A stretch of DNA of 64,000 bases, from contig CAZBLW010000002.1 of the NCBI GenBank assembly GCA_964493305.1, positions 258,521-322,520 of the forward strand, written 5' to 3'. The position numbers were made by a program, and so were the translations under genes. This document shows positions 50,101 through 58,896 of the stretch, piece after piece. Each line of letters starts with the position of its first letter. The first letter of the stretch is position 1. This DNA is from an uncultured Gammaproteobacteria bacterium. Lineage in GTDB: Bacteria; Patescibacteriota; Patescibacteriia; S139-126. Under the pieces are notes generated by a model, which saw only the letters and a program-made list of their open reading frames with translations, was not told where the DNA came from and searched no databases.

Positions 50101-50675
50101 CTACTGGTACAGCTGTTTCAGCATCAGACGTTACCGGTAATAATATGATTGTCCGCAAGACCAGACCAACAGTAACCTTAGTTTCTTTACCAGCTACTAC
50201 TTTGACTGCTGGTGATAAGACTATTTCCAAGTTTACTGTAGCCGCTGATGCTAAGGGTTCAATTGAACTCTTTGAATTGAATTGGGACGTTGCCACCTCA
50301 GGTGTAGCATTTACTAGCCCGAGATTGTACAACGATGCCAATCCAAGCACAGTGCTAACTGCTTCTGGTACCCCAGTATTTACAACTACTGGACTTGAGT
50401 ATAAACTCAACACCCCAGAACAGATTGCTGCTGGATCAAGTAAGACTTATATCTTAGTTGGTTTAGCCGGCGCTGTATCTAATCCAGCTAGTATTTCTAC
50501 CAACTTGGATGCTGATTCAAGTGGTGATACTAACGACCTTGACAGTTTATCTGCTACCTTTATTTGGTCAGATATGTCAGCGGTTCCACATGTCCTAGGC
50601 TCAGCTGATTGGGCAGGTGGTCTATATGTGAAGACTTTGCCATCTGGCACTCAAACATTATATTATCCTAATTAA
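47178..50675 (+). CDS. Probable S-layer / major surface protein
   Basis: Signal peptide; three N-terminal repeats (LVK....AVYL....KRP); long Thr/Ser/Gly/Val beta-sandwich array; codon usage looks biased; strong terminator. Confidence 0.75.
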   Translation: MKKFLIGSLTVMTVVWAMGLSAFVATPASAAVGDLVKSASSSTVYVVKADGVTICQFPHANVYKSWGYPSNFSTVMTKDLSSYTVGSNIEFRDASLVKGDGPAVYLVYNNMKRPIISDVVFLGLGYDWDDITWLSDAFLADYTTGAVVDSSTMHPDGQIVKYAGSPAVYLIDNGMKRPFASGAAFEANRYSWGDIITIPDTETYPNGSAISGYEQALSLPNCIGTSAVPAGSGLTVALSPSTPMAGSIITDSSNGGQALAAFTTVNFTASSDGDVKVTNLKFKRTGVSSDTSLDNMYLYDGNTKLTDGGSLSSGMVTFNNANGLFTVPAGTTKSITVKGDVSTTATAGQTIGFELSGSAWVTTNGASVMGSFPATGNLMTVASVSDLAKVGVATTSVATTVDPDSTDVVVWQGTVYTTNQTVALHYVKFTSLGSIQYDDLKNFKLYDGGTLVSSVASMTSDRQVMFDLGSSPVNFTVGQSKTFKVMADVVKGSTRTYNFTIQEATDVVAKDTNYNVYVTSKVTSSYANWVVLKMNSDTTINSGDLTITKANTSPTGNVAQNGTNVKVATFELKATGEDMKVKDLNVKADFSSGYEGGLDNGKVFFNGVQVGSTKDLTEAGTINFTFGSSLIVTAGTTGVLDIYADIRSATGTTITDGSDVTVSLEAGSSNVQKMSSLGYTSAPSASVPANSLNVTAGSLSISEYSAYTNQTMVAGSNNVKVGSAVFTAGSAEGVNVTSITVDLSAAEAGSSTNMYLMKDGVQIGVTKPTLSTSNIFSVNFSIPASGSQIIDLYASLKSNAGMGTWEATMSAEGVGLVTNNTVTASSQALQDITIGTGSLTATADASKPDADIILAGTTKVFMNAVKFTAQYEDFNVQELTFIADSGIQPHTGAVTLEYPVQGGGTGTAIGYMASGAVTFTNLNMYVARDTSAVLKVYIDVPTLSSGTISGGTGGIDWDVSATYKHVGLGSGLTGTTGTAVSASDVTGNNMIVRKTRPTVTLVSLPATTLTAGDKTISKFTVAADAKGSIELFELNWDVATSGVAFTSPRLYNDANPSTVLTASGTPVFTTTGLEYKLNTPEQIAAGSSKTYILVGLAGAVSNPASISTNLDADSSGDTNDLDSLSATFIWSDMSAVPHVLGSADWAGGLYVKTLPSGTQTLYYPN

Positions 50676-50718
50676 TCTTTGAGTTTAGTTAGATAGTAAA
50701 AAGTACTTCATAACGCTT

Positions 50719-50757
50719 TCCACCCCCTGTTCCTATGGCAGGGGGTGGATTGTTTTT
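50719..50757 (+). terminator. Strong intrinsic terminator
   Basis: tccaccccctg ... cagggggtgga followed by a T-rich tail. Confidence 0.85.
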
Positions 50758-51022
50758 AGCTCCGCTAAAAATAATATTTTGCTAAAAACCCCGCCGCATG
50801 GCGGGGTATTTGGGCAGGATTTAGGAAATAGGATAAAGGGTAGAGGGTAGATAAAATTATTACCATATCCTAACTCCTATATCCTCAAACCCATCTCTAA
50901 TTAGTATTTTTTATTGGTTTTTGTTATAATTTTTATAGTTTATTTATAATTTTTAGCTGGTATTTGTTATTTAGATTATTGAACAAAAGGTTAAAAAAGT
51001 TTTATTATTTGTTATTTATAAG

Positions 51023-51132
51023 AAATTTTGTAATTTTTTAATTTTGTAATTTTATAAACAAAAGAATATAAATTTTTAAACATTTGAAATTAAAAATTAT
51101 TTAAAAATTAGAAAATTTAAAAATTAAAAATT
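51023..51132. repeat. Gene-less octamer (TAAAAATT-like) inverted-repeat module
   Basis: A near reverse-complement copy fills 61173-61283. Confidence 0.7.
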
Positions 51133-51139
51133 ATATAAT

Positions 51140-51943
51140 ATGAACAACCAACCAGACAATATTCAAACTAATCAGCCGGTGAGTGAAAATAAAAACCAAA
51201 ACCGTATTTGGTATTTGCTGATAATTATCGTAGTTTTGGCAATAGTTTCTTGGTTAGTTTATAACAACACCAAAGATAAAACCCCAACAGTCAGTGAAGA
51301 GCCAACCAATGGACAAGTATTGGTGGGTGGGCAAGATTTGTCACAATATTTCAAAAACGAAGACAAAAAACTATCTCCCGATGTATTACCACCAGAGGAA
51401 ATAAAGGCCAGATTTGAAGCTGATTTGGCAGCAGCGCGTCAGTATATAATTGATGAAGAGGCTAAAGGAGATGGCAATGAGTATCAGGGGTATATGGGAG
51501 TAGCCAATTCTTTACGTGCTTTGGGTGATTATCCTGCAGCTGAGCAAGCTTATTTTGATATGATAGCTAAATATCCGGATGATGAACTTATTTATCACAA
51601 CTTGGGTGTTTTGTATGAAGATATGCATCAGTATTTGGAGGCAGCTAAGGCCTATACAACTTCAATTGCCAAAAAACCAGAAGAGCTTATTGCTTATCTG
51701 AAACTAGCAGATCTTTATGTTAAACATTCAAGTCAGTCTGCCAAAGCCAAAGAAGTTTATCTCAAAGCCTTGGAAGCAACCAACAATCATCCGGAAATGT
51801 TGAAAGCTTATGCTAGTTATTTAGAAAATGATGAAAAAAATTTGCCTGAAGCTTTACTGTATTGGCAAGAAGTGTTGAAAGTAAATCCCGATAATCAAGC
51901 GGTGAAGGAGAGAGTGGAAGAGTTGGAAAAAAAGTTGAATTAA
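51140..51943 (+). CDS. Membrane-anchored TPR protein
   Basis: N-terminal TM; TPR helices such as YHNLGVLYEDMHQYLEAAKAY. Confidence 0.85.
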   Translation: MNNQPDNIQTNQPVSENKNQNRIWYLLIIIVVLAIVSWLVYNNTKDKTPTVSEEPTNGQVLVGGQDLSQYFKNEDKKLSPDVLPPEEIKARFEADLAAARQYIIDEEAKGDGNEYQGYMGVANSLRALGDYPAAEQAYFDMIAKYPDDELIYHNLGVLYEDMHQYLEAAKAYTTSIAKKPEELIAYLKLADLYVKHSSQSAKAKEVYLKALEATNNHPEMLKAYASYLENDEKNLPEALLYWQEVLKVNPDNQAVKERVEELEKKLN

Positions 51944-52417
51944 TTTTAAATTATAAATTATAAATTTTAAATCAATTTTTTAATTTTTAAATCAAAATAT
52001 ATGAGAGGAGAGAGTCATATTTTTGACCTTGAAGAAAGGACAGCTAAATTTGGCGAAGATGTATTGAAATTTTTAAAAGAAATAAAAGTAACAGTTAAAA
52101 ATCAGTCAATTATTAATCAACTTATAAAGTCAGCTACTTCCATTGGCGCCAATTATATGGAGGCAACAGGTGCAGAGTCAAAAAAAGACTTTAAACACAA
52201 AATTGGTATATGCAAAAAAGAAACCAGAGAAACAAAGCATTGGCTAAGGATGATTGCAATTTTCCAACCTGATAGCAAACCCCAAATTAAAACACTCTGG
52301 CAGGAAGCACATGAACTTATTTTAATATTTTCTAAGATAATCAGAACTTGTAAAAATTAAATAATTTATAATTAAGTTTTCATTTATAATTTAAAATTTA
52401 TAATTTATAATTTAAAA
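51944..52417 (+). mobile_element. Four-helix-bundle cassette, copy 1, with perfect 29-bp terminal inverted repeats
   Basis: ttttaaattataaattataaattttaaat (51944-51972) and its exact reverse complement (52389-52417). Confidence 0.75.
52001..52360 (+). CDS. Four helix bundle protein (23S rRNA IVS protein / Avd-like fold)
   Basis: DLEERT..F, QLIKSATSIGANYMEA..AESKKDF..K..I..KE..ET.HWL. Confidence 0.93.
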   Translation: MRGESHIFDLEERTAKFGEDVLKFLKEIKVTVKNQSIINQLIKSATSIGANYMEATGAESKKDFKHKIGICKKETRETKHWLRMIAIFQPDSKPQIKTLWQEAHELILIFSKIIRTCKN

Positions 52418-52421
52418 CCCA

Positions 52422-54614
52422 ATGTCCCAAAATACCTTAAAACGAATTATTCAATCAGGACTAGCTGCAGTGCTGTTTGTACCAATATTAATTAGCGGAA
52501 AATTTTTGTTTCCTTATATCCATCTCAAAAATGCCTCATTTCGAGTGATTGTGACAGTACTTCTGGTGCTTGCGATTTGGTATTTGTGGCGACAAGGCGA
52601 GATTTATGGACGGAAAAATTATGTACTGTATGCATTTACGGGTATTTTTTTGGTAGAAATTATTGCTGGTATTTTTGGGCTAAATCCTTATAACAGTTTT
52701 TGGAGTAATTATGAGCGGATGGATGGGATTGTGCTGTTTTTCCATCTACTGCTTTATTTGTGGTTGTTGATACAATTTTTTCAAACCAAAGATGAGTGGT
52801 TATGGTTATTGCGTTCATCACTGGTAGTAGCTCTGATTTTATCGATTTATGGACTGGCCCAACGAGCAGGGGTAAGTAATGCTTGGATTTTGCCCAATGA
52901 CGCTCCTCGGATTGCTTCTACTATAGGTAACCCAGCTTATTTTGGTGGGTATTTACTGTTTCATGTATTTTTTTCGGGTATTTTACTTTATTTAGACCGT
53001 GTCAGATGGCGACAGGTGATTTATGCTTTGGGGGTAATATTTTTTACCTATATGATGTATGCCACTGGAACCCGCGGTCCTTTTTTGGGTTTTGTGGTGG
53101 GACTGGCTGTCATGGGGGCAATGTATTTTAAACATGCTGGTCAAAAACTAAAAATTGGCATAGCTATTGGTCTACTACTCATACCTTTGTCTGGAATATT
53201 TTTGTATACACAAAGAAACTCTGAGTGGTTGAAAAATTATTCTACTTTTCATCGTATTGCCAATATCAACTTGAAAGATTTGACTACCATTGATCGTATC
53301 AATACCTATGTGACTTCCTGGCATGCTTATACTGACCGGCCATTGTTTGGCTATGGACCAGAAAATTATCGTTATGGTTTCAATAAATATTACAATCCGG
53401 ATTTACATGAACAATGGTTTGACCGAGCGCACAATGTAATTTTTGATTATCTAAATTTAGGCGGACCCCTGGCATTGCTATTTTATCTGTCACTACTTGG
53501 AGCAGCAGTGTATTATCTTTGGCAGGCAAGAGGAGATGATTATTTTTTAAGTGTTTTGCTAATCAGTTTAGTATCAGCTTATTTTTTCCAAAATTTATTT
53601 GTCTTTGATTCTTTAAACACTTATTTGCCGCTTTTAGTAACTCTAGCTATGTCAGCTTGGCTTTATTTGCGCAATCAAAAGCATAGTTGGCAATTGTCTA
53701 ATAGTGCCCGAGCGTGGCAAATGCCACTAGTTGCAGCTAGTATAATTTTTGTTCTACTTAGTAATTATTTTATTGTTATCAAACCAGCGCAAGCCAATCT
53801 TATATCAATTGAAGCTTTTCGCTACACCCAAGCTGATCCCGCTAAATCTTTGGAACTTTTCGAGCAAGCAATCGATATGAATACTTATGGCAGTAGGGAA
53901 ATCATGTTACAACTTAATAATTTTGCTTCTGCAATAGTGCGTGATCAAAATCAAACTCAGGAATTACGGCAAAATGTTTTTAATACCAATCGGCGTTATG
54001 CCTTGGCGCATCTAGAAAAAGATCCTGGTGATATCCAATTTCGCATGTTGCTGGCAAATACTTATTTGAATTACTCGTCTATAGATAGTAGTTATTTACA
54101 AAAAACCGTTGATTTGTTGGAACCACATATTGCTGACTCACCGGATAGGTTGGAGTTGTATTTTACTTTGGTGCAGGCCTATCTGGGGATGAACAATTTA
54201 GACAAAGCCGGACTTTATGCCAAGACTGCTTTTTCCAAAACCCAAAGTAAGCCCTCAGTGTATCTCAATTTGATGAATTACTATGCGGCAGCCAAAGATG
54301 GTGATAATTTTATGAAAACCGCTGATGAGTATGAAACCAAATTTGATTTAGGACTGGCTGATTGGCAGCAGTTGGCTGAGTTTTATTACAACGTTGGATT
54401 GTATGATCGGGCTGAGCGTATTTTAAGAGATAAAATAATTGCGCAAGATCCTAACAATTTACAAAATTATGCAGGTCTAGTGGCGGTTCTGCGTGGACAA
54501 GGTAGATTGGATGAGGCGATTGCCTTATTGGAGCAGTTAAAACAAGCCTTTCCAGCAGCTGCCAAAGATATAGAAAGTTATCAGAAACAGCTGGAAACAG
54601 AGATGGGTAATTAA
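52422..54614 (+). CDS. O-antigen ligase family (Wzy_C) protein with C-terminal TPRs; possible O-oligosaccharyltransferase
   Basis: RIASTIGNP, TGTRG, RPLFGYGPENY, FDRAHN; about 12 TM. Confidence 0.88.
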   Translation: MSQNTLKRIIQSGLAAVLFVPILISGKFLFPYIHLKNASFRVIVTVLLVLAIWYLWRQGEIYGRKNYVLYAFTGIFLVEIIAGIFGLNPYNSFWSNYERMDGIVLFFHLLLYLWLLIQFFQTKDEWLWLLRSSLVVALILSIYGLAQRAGVSNAWILPNDAPRIASTIGNPAYFGGYLLFHVFFSGILLYLDRVRWRQVIYALGVIFFTYMMYATGTRGPFLGFVVGLAVMGAMYFKHAGQKLKIGIAIGLLLIPLSGIFLYTQRNSEWLKNYSTFHRIANINLKDLTTIDRINTYVTSWHAYTDRPLFGYGPENYRYGFNKYYNPDLHEQWFDRAHNVIFDYLNLGGPLALLFYLSLLGAAVYYLWQARGDDYFLSVLLISLVSAYFFQNLFVFDSLNTYLPLLVTLAMSAWLYLRNQKHSWQLSNSARAWQMPLVAASIIFVLLSNYFIVIKPAQANLISIEAFRYTQADPAKSLELFEQAIDMNTYGSREIMLQLNNFASAIVRDQNQTQELRQNVFNTNRRYALAHLEKDPGDIQFRMLLANTYLNYSSIDSSYLQKTVDLLEPHIADSPDRLELYFTLVQAYLGMNNLDKAGLYAKTAFSKTQSKPSVYLNLMNYYAAAKDGDNFMKTADEYETKFDLGLADWQQLAEFYYNVGLYDRAERILRDKIIAQDPNNLQNYAGLVAVLRGQGRLDEAIALLEQLKQAFPAAAKDIESYQKQLETEMGN

Positions 54615-55086
54615 TTTTAAATTATAAATTATAAATTTTAAATCAATTTTTTAATTTTTAAATCAAAATATATGAGAGGAGAGAGTCATATTTTTGACCT
54701 TGAAGAAAGGACAGCTAAATTTGGCGAAGATGTATTGAAATTTTTAAAAGAAATAAAAGTAACAGTTAAAAATCAGTCAATTATTAATCAACTTATAAAG
54801 TCAGCTACTTCCATTGGCGCCAATTATATGGAGGCAACAGGTGCAGAGTCAAAAAAAGACTTTAAACACAAAATTGGTATATGCAAAAAAGAAACCAGAG
54901 AAACAAAGCATTGGCTAAGGATGATTGCAATTTTCCAACCTGATAGCAAACCCCAAATTAAAACACTCTGGCAGGAAGCACATGAACTTATTTTAATATT
55001 TTCTAAGATAATCAGAACTTGTAAAAATTAAATAATTTATAATTAAGTTTTCATTTATAATTTACAATTTATAATTTATAATTAAA
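54615..55086 (+). mobile_element. Four-helix-bundle cassette, copy 2
   Basis: Near-identical direct repeat of copy 1 at offset 2671; differences seen only in the right arm. Confidence 0.75.
54672..55031 (+). CDS. Four helix bundle protein, identical to 52001-52360
   Basis: Identical 119-aa translation. Confidence 0.93.
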   Translation: MRGESHIFDLEERTAKFGEDVLKFLKEIKVTVKNQSIINQLIKSATSIGANYMEATGAESKKDFKHKIGICKKETRETKHWLRMIAIFQPDSKPQIKTLWQEAHELILIFSKIIRTCKN

Positions 55087-55180
55087 CAAAAAGTTATCCC
55101 CTTGCCAGATATAAAATATTTTTTATAATAAAAACAAAGTTAATTTGAACTAGGAAGGAGGGATAATTAGTAAAAAGTTT

Positions 55181-55228
55181 ACCCTGTTAAATTGCTTTCG
55201 CACCGCCTGTGGCGGATTTAACAAGGGT
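55181..55228. repeat. Small hairpin element
   Basis: accctgttaaat ... atttaacaagggt with inner ccgcc-tgt-ggcgg. Confidence 0.65.
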
Positions 55229-55258
55229 TAAAGTTTATAAAGTAAAAAGTATAAAGTA

Positions 55259-55347
55259 TTGTCATTCCGCACTTGATGCGGAATCTAAAAACAAAAACAA
55301 AAATATTATTTATTTTTTTGGATTTCTGACTAAATCAGGAATGACAA
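55259..55347. repeat. REP doublet
   Basis: ttgtcattccgcacttgatgcggaatct ... ggatttctgactaaatcaggaatgacaa; spacer resembles that of 2353-2433. Confidence 0.9.
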
Positions 55348-55401
55348 AATTCTTAAATCTTAATTCGTAATTCCTAATACTTAATACTTAATTCTAAAAA
55401 A

Positions 55402-57807
55402 ATGAGGAGAGAGAAACAAAACTTATTTTTGGTTTGTTTGGGTTATTTATTAGCCCGGATAAAGCTGTGTGTCCCAATTGTTGTTGGGATTTTTTTATTT
55501 TTGGCGGTAGCACCACCTGCTGAGGCTCAGTTTTTACCTCTAGTGACCATCACCGGGCAAGTAACAGATATAAATAGTGACAAACCACTATATAAAGCCA
55601 AGGTTATGGTGGTGCAACCTTGGGAAACTGAAGATTGTTTGACAGGTAATTATACAATTTTTGGTTGTTGGCAGGATAAACATGTAATTTCCGGCCTGGC
55701 TTATACAGATTTACAAGGCAATTATAAAGTTTATACTCATGATGCTTGGGTTGATATTTGGTTGATTGTTGAAATTTATGGTTATGATACTTATCAGGAA
55801 ACCAAAAATTATAACAATTATAACCATCTACTTGATATTGCTATGACTAAAAATCCGGAAATTTTAGATCCAGTGTTAATTGTGCCGGGGATTATGGCCA
55901 GTTGGAATCGGAACCTTTTAGATAAAAATTTAGAATACGCTGATGAGTGGGAGCTTGATCCGCATTTTCATACTTATGACGGTTTAATTGCTGATTTGGA
56001 AAATTATGGTGGCTATGTACAGGGTGAAACCTTGTTTACTTTTCCTTATGATTGGCGAAAATCAAATATTTTTACGGCCGAACTATTGCACGGTGAGATT
56101 CAAAAAATAAAAAATCAGACAGGCTCTCCTAGGGTTGATGTGGTAGCTCACTCGATGGGAGGATTAATAGCCAGACAGTATATCAGTACTAATTTATACC
56201 AATATGATATTGATCAGCTTATTTTCATCGCCACGCCCCAGCGTGGCGCGCCCAAAGCGTATTTGGCCTGGGAAGGAGGGTATTTGGGTACCACGGTAGT
56301 GTCAGACTTTATCAAAGAACTGTTGGTGGCAAAAATTGCCAAAACCGACGGGTACTGTGATTCTATTTTAGAAAGAAACAGGTGTGTTTATAACTATGTC
56401 CGAGGTTATCCCGTGTCAGCTTTGCACCAACTACTGCCGGACTATGACTATTTGCAATCAGGTATCACTGGAGAAGTATTTTCCTATCCGTCTAAACATC
56501 CTTATAGTAGTTTATTGTCAACGCTCAATGCCTGGTACAGTTTAGCTAAATTTTACAACTCCGGAGTAGAAGTAAGTACGATTTATAATTCTACTCCCAA
56601 TAGTACGGTCGGTACGATCCAAGTACTACCCAGAACTGATGAGCAAAAACCTTTTTGGTACTATGGTTATCCGGATGGGTTTTCTAGTTTGTTTCGGGAT
56701 AATGGCATGGTTTATACAGATGGTGATGAAACCGTTCCTTATTCCAGTGCGACTTTTATAAATAGTGAAAGATTTATTGCTAAATTAGATACAGATCATA
56801 CAAGAATAGTAAATAAATCTTCTAAGAATATATTAGAAATACTAAATAATCAATTTATTGATATCCAAGTAGTTGATCAGCCGGATGAATATATAATCGT
56901 GCAAGTGCATTCACCAGTGGATATTTTGGTCACTACACCCAGTGGCAAAAAAATCGGATATAATGCTCAGACCAATACTGATACCAATGAAATTAGCGGA
57001 GCGTATTATTCAGGATCAAGGGCTAGTAATGAATATATTCTGTTACCTGGTAAGGAAGCGGGGAATTATCAACTAGATTTAGTGGGTACTGGTGAAGGGG
57101 AATATCAGGTAGATATTAGTTTGGTTTCAGACAACGGTTTCGTAAGTCAGATTGTAGCTAGCACAACTCATATTGGTGAACAAACTAGAGTAGGAGCAAA
57201 ATTTGATTCAGGAGGTGTAGAAATAGTTGATTTGACTGATACTACTCCACCAGAGATAGTTATTAACTCCCCACAAAGTTTTGGCGAGTATGAAGCTCAT
57301 TTAGTACTGCCAATTGAGGTAAATGTAAGCGATGAAAATAGTGGGGTAGGTGAGGTAAAAATTTTAATTGATGGACAAGAGTATTTATCAGCAACTATTA
57401 ATCTATGGGATTGGTCATTTGAGAGACATGATTTGCAAGTAGTAGCGACTGATCTTGCAGGCAATCAGGCCGTCAAAGAAATACCTTTTTGGGTTTATGC
57501 CAATTTCAACAGTTTACGTGGCAGTATTGATAGATTGTGGCAAAGCGGTGATATAATAAATGAAGAAGTCAAGAATAAATTGTTATTGGAAGTTGATTGG
57601 TTGTATCGTTCTAAAGAGTTGGAAAAGTTGTTGGAAGAAAAAAATGAACCCCAAGGTGATAGTGTGTCAAATTGGCGCACCAGTATGTCAGATTATTTGA
57701 CTGATAAGTTAGTCAATCAAATGTATAATAAGAGTTATATTTCCCAGTTTGCTAAAGAAATTTTACTTAAACAATTTTATTTTGTAACTCGTAATATAAA
57801 ATTATGA
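55402..57807 (+). CDS. Secreted alpha/beta hydrolase (LCAT/PGAP1-like lipase or acyltransferase) with Ig-like domains
   Basis: PVLIVPGIMAS, FPYDWR, VAHSMGGL, TPQRGAP, GDETVP, H motifs. Confidence 0.88.
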   Translation: MRREKQNLFLVCLGYLLARIKLCVPIVVGIFLFLAVAPPAEAQFLPLVTITGQVTDINSDKPLYKAKVMVVQPWETEDCLTGNYTIFGCWQDKHVISGLAYTDLQGNYKVYTHDAWVDIWLIVEIYGYDTYQETKNYNNYNHLLDIAMTKNPEILDPVLIVPGIMASWNRNLLDKNLEYADEWELDPHFHTYDGLIADLENYGGYVQGETLFTFPYDWRKSNIFTAELLHGEIQKIKNQTGSPRVDVVAHSMGGLIARQYISTNLYQYDIDQLIFIATPQRGAPKAYLAWEGGYLGTTVVSDFIKELLVAKIAKTDGYCDSILERNRCVYNYVRGYPVSALHQLLPDYDYLQSGITGEVFSYPSKHPYSSLLSTLNAWYSLAKFYNSGVEVSTIYNSTPNSTVGTIQVLPRTDEQKPFWYYGYPDGFSSLFRDNGMVYTDGDETVPYSSATFINSERFIAKLDTDHTRIVNKSSKNILEILNNQFIDIQVVDQPDEYIIVQVHSPVDILVTTPSGKKIGYNAQTNTDTNEISGAYYSGSRASNEYILLPGKEAGNYQLDLVGTGEGEYQVDISLVSDNGFVSQIVASTTHIGEQTRVGAKFDSGGVEIVDLTDTTPPEIVINSPQSFGEYEAHLVLPIEVNVSDENSGVGEVKILIDGQEYLSATINLWDWSFERHDLQVVATDLAGNQAVKEIPFWVYANFNSLRGSIDRLWQSGDIINEEVKNKLLLEVDWLYRSKELEKLLEEKNEPQGDSVSNWRTSMSDYLTDKLVNQMYNKSYISQFAKEILLKQFYFVTRNIKL

Positions 57808-58166
57808 AAAAAATATTTAAATTTATAGTAGTTTATTTAGTGATTATTGGCTTGGCAATAATTACTACTACTATAGGCAAAAATATTTACGGTTTATTTT
57901 TTCCGAGGCAATTAATGGCGGGTTGGGGCACATTTTTTACCCCAGGAATTATAGAAGGATTTGTTTTCATGTATTTATTTTGGCTAAGCACAGTATTTGT
58001 GCCGGTGTTTAAACAAAAGTGGTGGCAGTATGCTTTAGCACCGGGATTAATTGTTTGGTTACCAGTTGCACTGTTTTGGCCGGTAGGTTTGGTGGGGGTG
58101 ATATTTTGTGGAGTGGGGGTGGGATTGGGATATCTGGCGCTTTGGTTAAAGAGAAAAATAAGTTAA
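57804..58166 (+). CDS. Small multi-TM membrane protein
   Basis: 120 aa, hydrophobic; start abuts the end of the lipase gene. Confidence 0.75.
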   Translation: MKKIFKFIVVYLVIIGLAIITTTIGKNIYGLFFPRQLMAGWGTFFTPGIIEGFVFMYLFWLSTVFVPVFKQKWWQYALAPGLIVWLPVALFWPVGLVGVIFCGVGVGLGYLALWLKRKIS

Positions 58167-58197
58167 AAGTTTGTAAAATAATAAAGTTTATAAAGTA

Positions 58198-58282
58198 TTG
58201 TCATCCCTGACTTAATCAGGGATCCAGAAAAAAAATAAGATGGACTCTTGATATTTCGCTGACGCAAAATTCAGGAATGACA
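58198..58282. repeat. REP doublet upstream of the GIY-YIG gene
   Basis: ttgtcatccctgacttaatcagggatcc ... tcaggaatgaca. Confidence 0.85.
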
Positions 58283-58301
58283 CTTAGAATAAAATAAAAA
58301 A

Positions 58302-58589
58302 ATGAAAGAGTATTTTGTATATATTATGGCCAGTAATAAAAATGGCACATTGTATATAGGTGTAACTTCAGATTTGAAGAAAAGGATATATGAACATAAA
58401 AATGATTTAGTACCAGGTTTTACCAATAGATATAAAGTACACAATTTGGTTTATTTTGAAGTAATCAATGACATCAGAGAAGCATTACTTAGAGAAAAAA
58501 GATTAAAAAAATGGAAAAGAGAATGGAAGATTAAGTTAATTGAAAAAAATAACCCAAGTTGGAAAGATTTATATGAAGGTTTATTTTAG
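58302..58589 (+). CDS. Stand-alone GIY-YIG nuclease
   Basis: YFVYIM...LYIGVT.DL..R..EH...LVYFE...REKRLKKW.R.WK..LIE..NP.W.DL. Confidence 0.93.
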   Translation: MKEYFVYIMASNKNGTLYIGVTSDLKKRIYEHKNDLVPGFTNRYKVHNLVYFEVINDIREALLREKRLKKWKREWKIKLIEKNNPSWKDLYEGLF

Positions 58590-58595
58590 ATTTTT

Positions 58596-58745
58596 TGGAT
58601 TCCTGCCTACGCAGGAATGACAAGGAAAGAACTTATTGTCATTCCGTGCTTGACACGGAATCTAAAAAAATAAAAATGGATTCCTGCCTACGCAGGAATG
58701 ACATGGGAGAATGGATTTCTGCTGAAGTTTATCCCGCACTTGATG
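58596..58745. repeat. REP cluster downstream of the GIY-YIG gene (three full arms and one truncated arm)
   Basis: tggattcctgcctacgcaggaatgaca twice; ttgtcattccgtgcttgacacggaatct; truncated ggatttctgctgaagtttatcccgcacttgatg. Confidence 0.9.
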
Positions 58746-58846
58746 TCAAAATGAAAATTTCATTTAATTAGGATTTGTTTATAAAATTAGAAAATTTATT
58801 TACAACTTGTGATTTGGAAATTCTAATTTTTTTGAAAAATTAGACC

Positions 58847-58890
58847 TGTGGATAACTTTATTGCCTTACGTTAAAATTAATTGCTATAAT
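58847..58890 (+). promoter_or_regulatory. DnaA box plus sigma70 promoter
   Basis: TGTGGATAA, 5 nt, TTGCCT-18-TATAAT with extended TG. Confidence 0.65.
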
Positions 58891-58896
58891 ATTAGC

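Noticed and set aside
52001-55031. Diversity-generating retroelement (Avd-like genes)
   Set aside because: No reverse transcriptase in the window, and I found no repeat pair differing only at adenines.
58198-58745. CRISPR array
   Set aside because: Repeats alternate in orientation, vary in stem sequence, lack regular unique spacers and are dispersed over the window; no cas genes.
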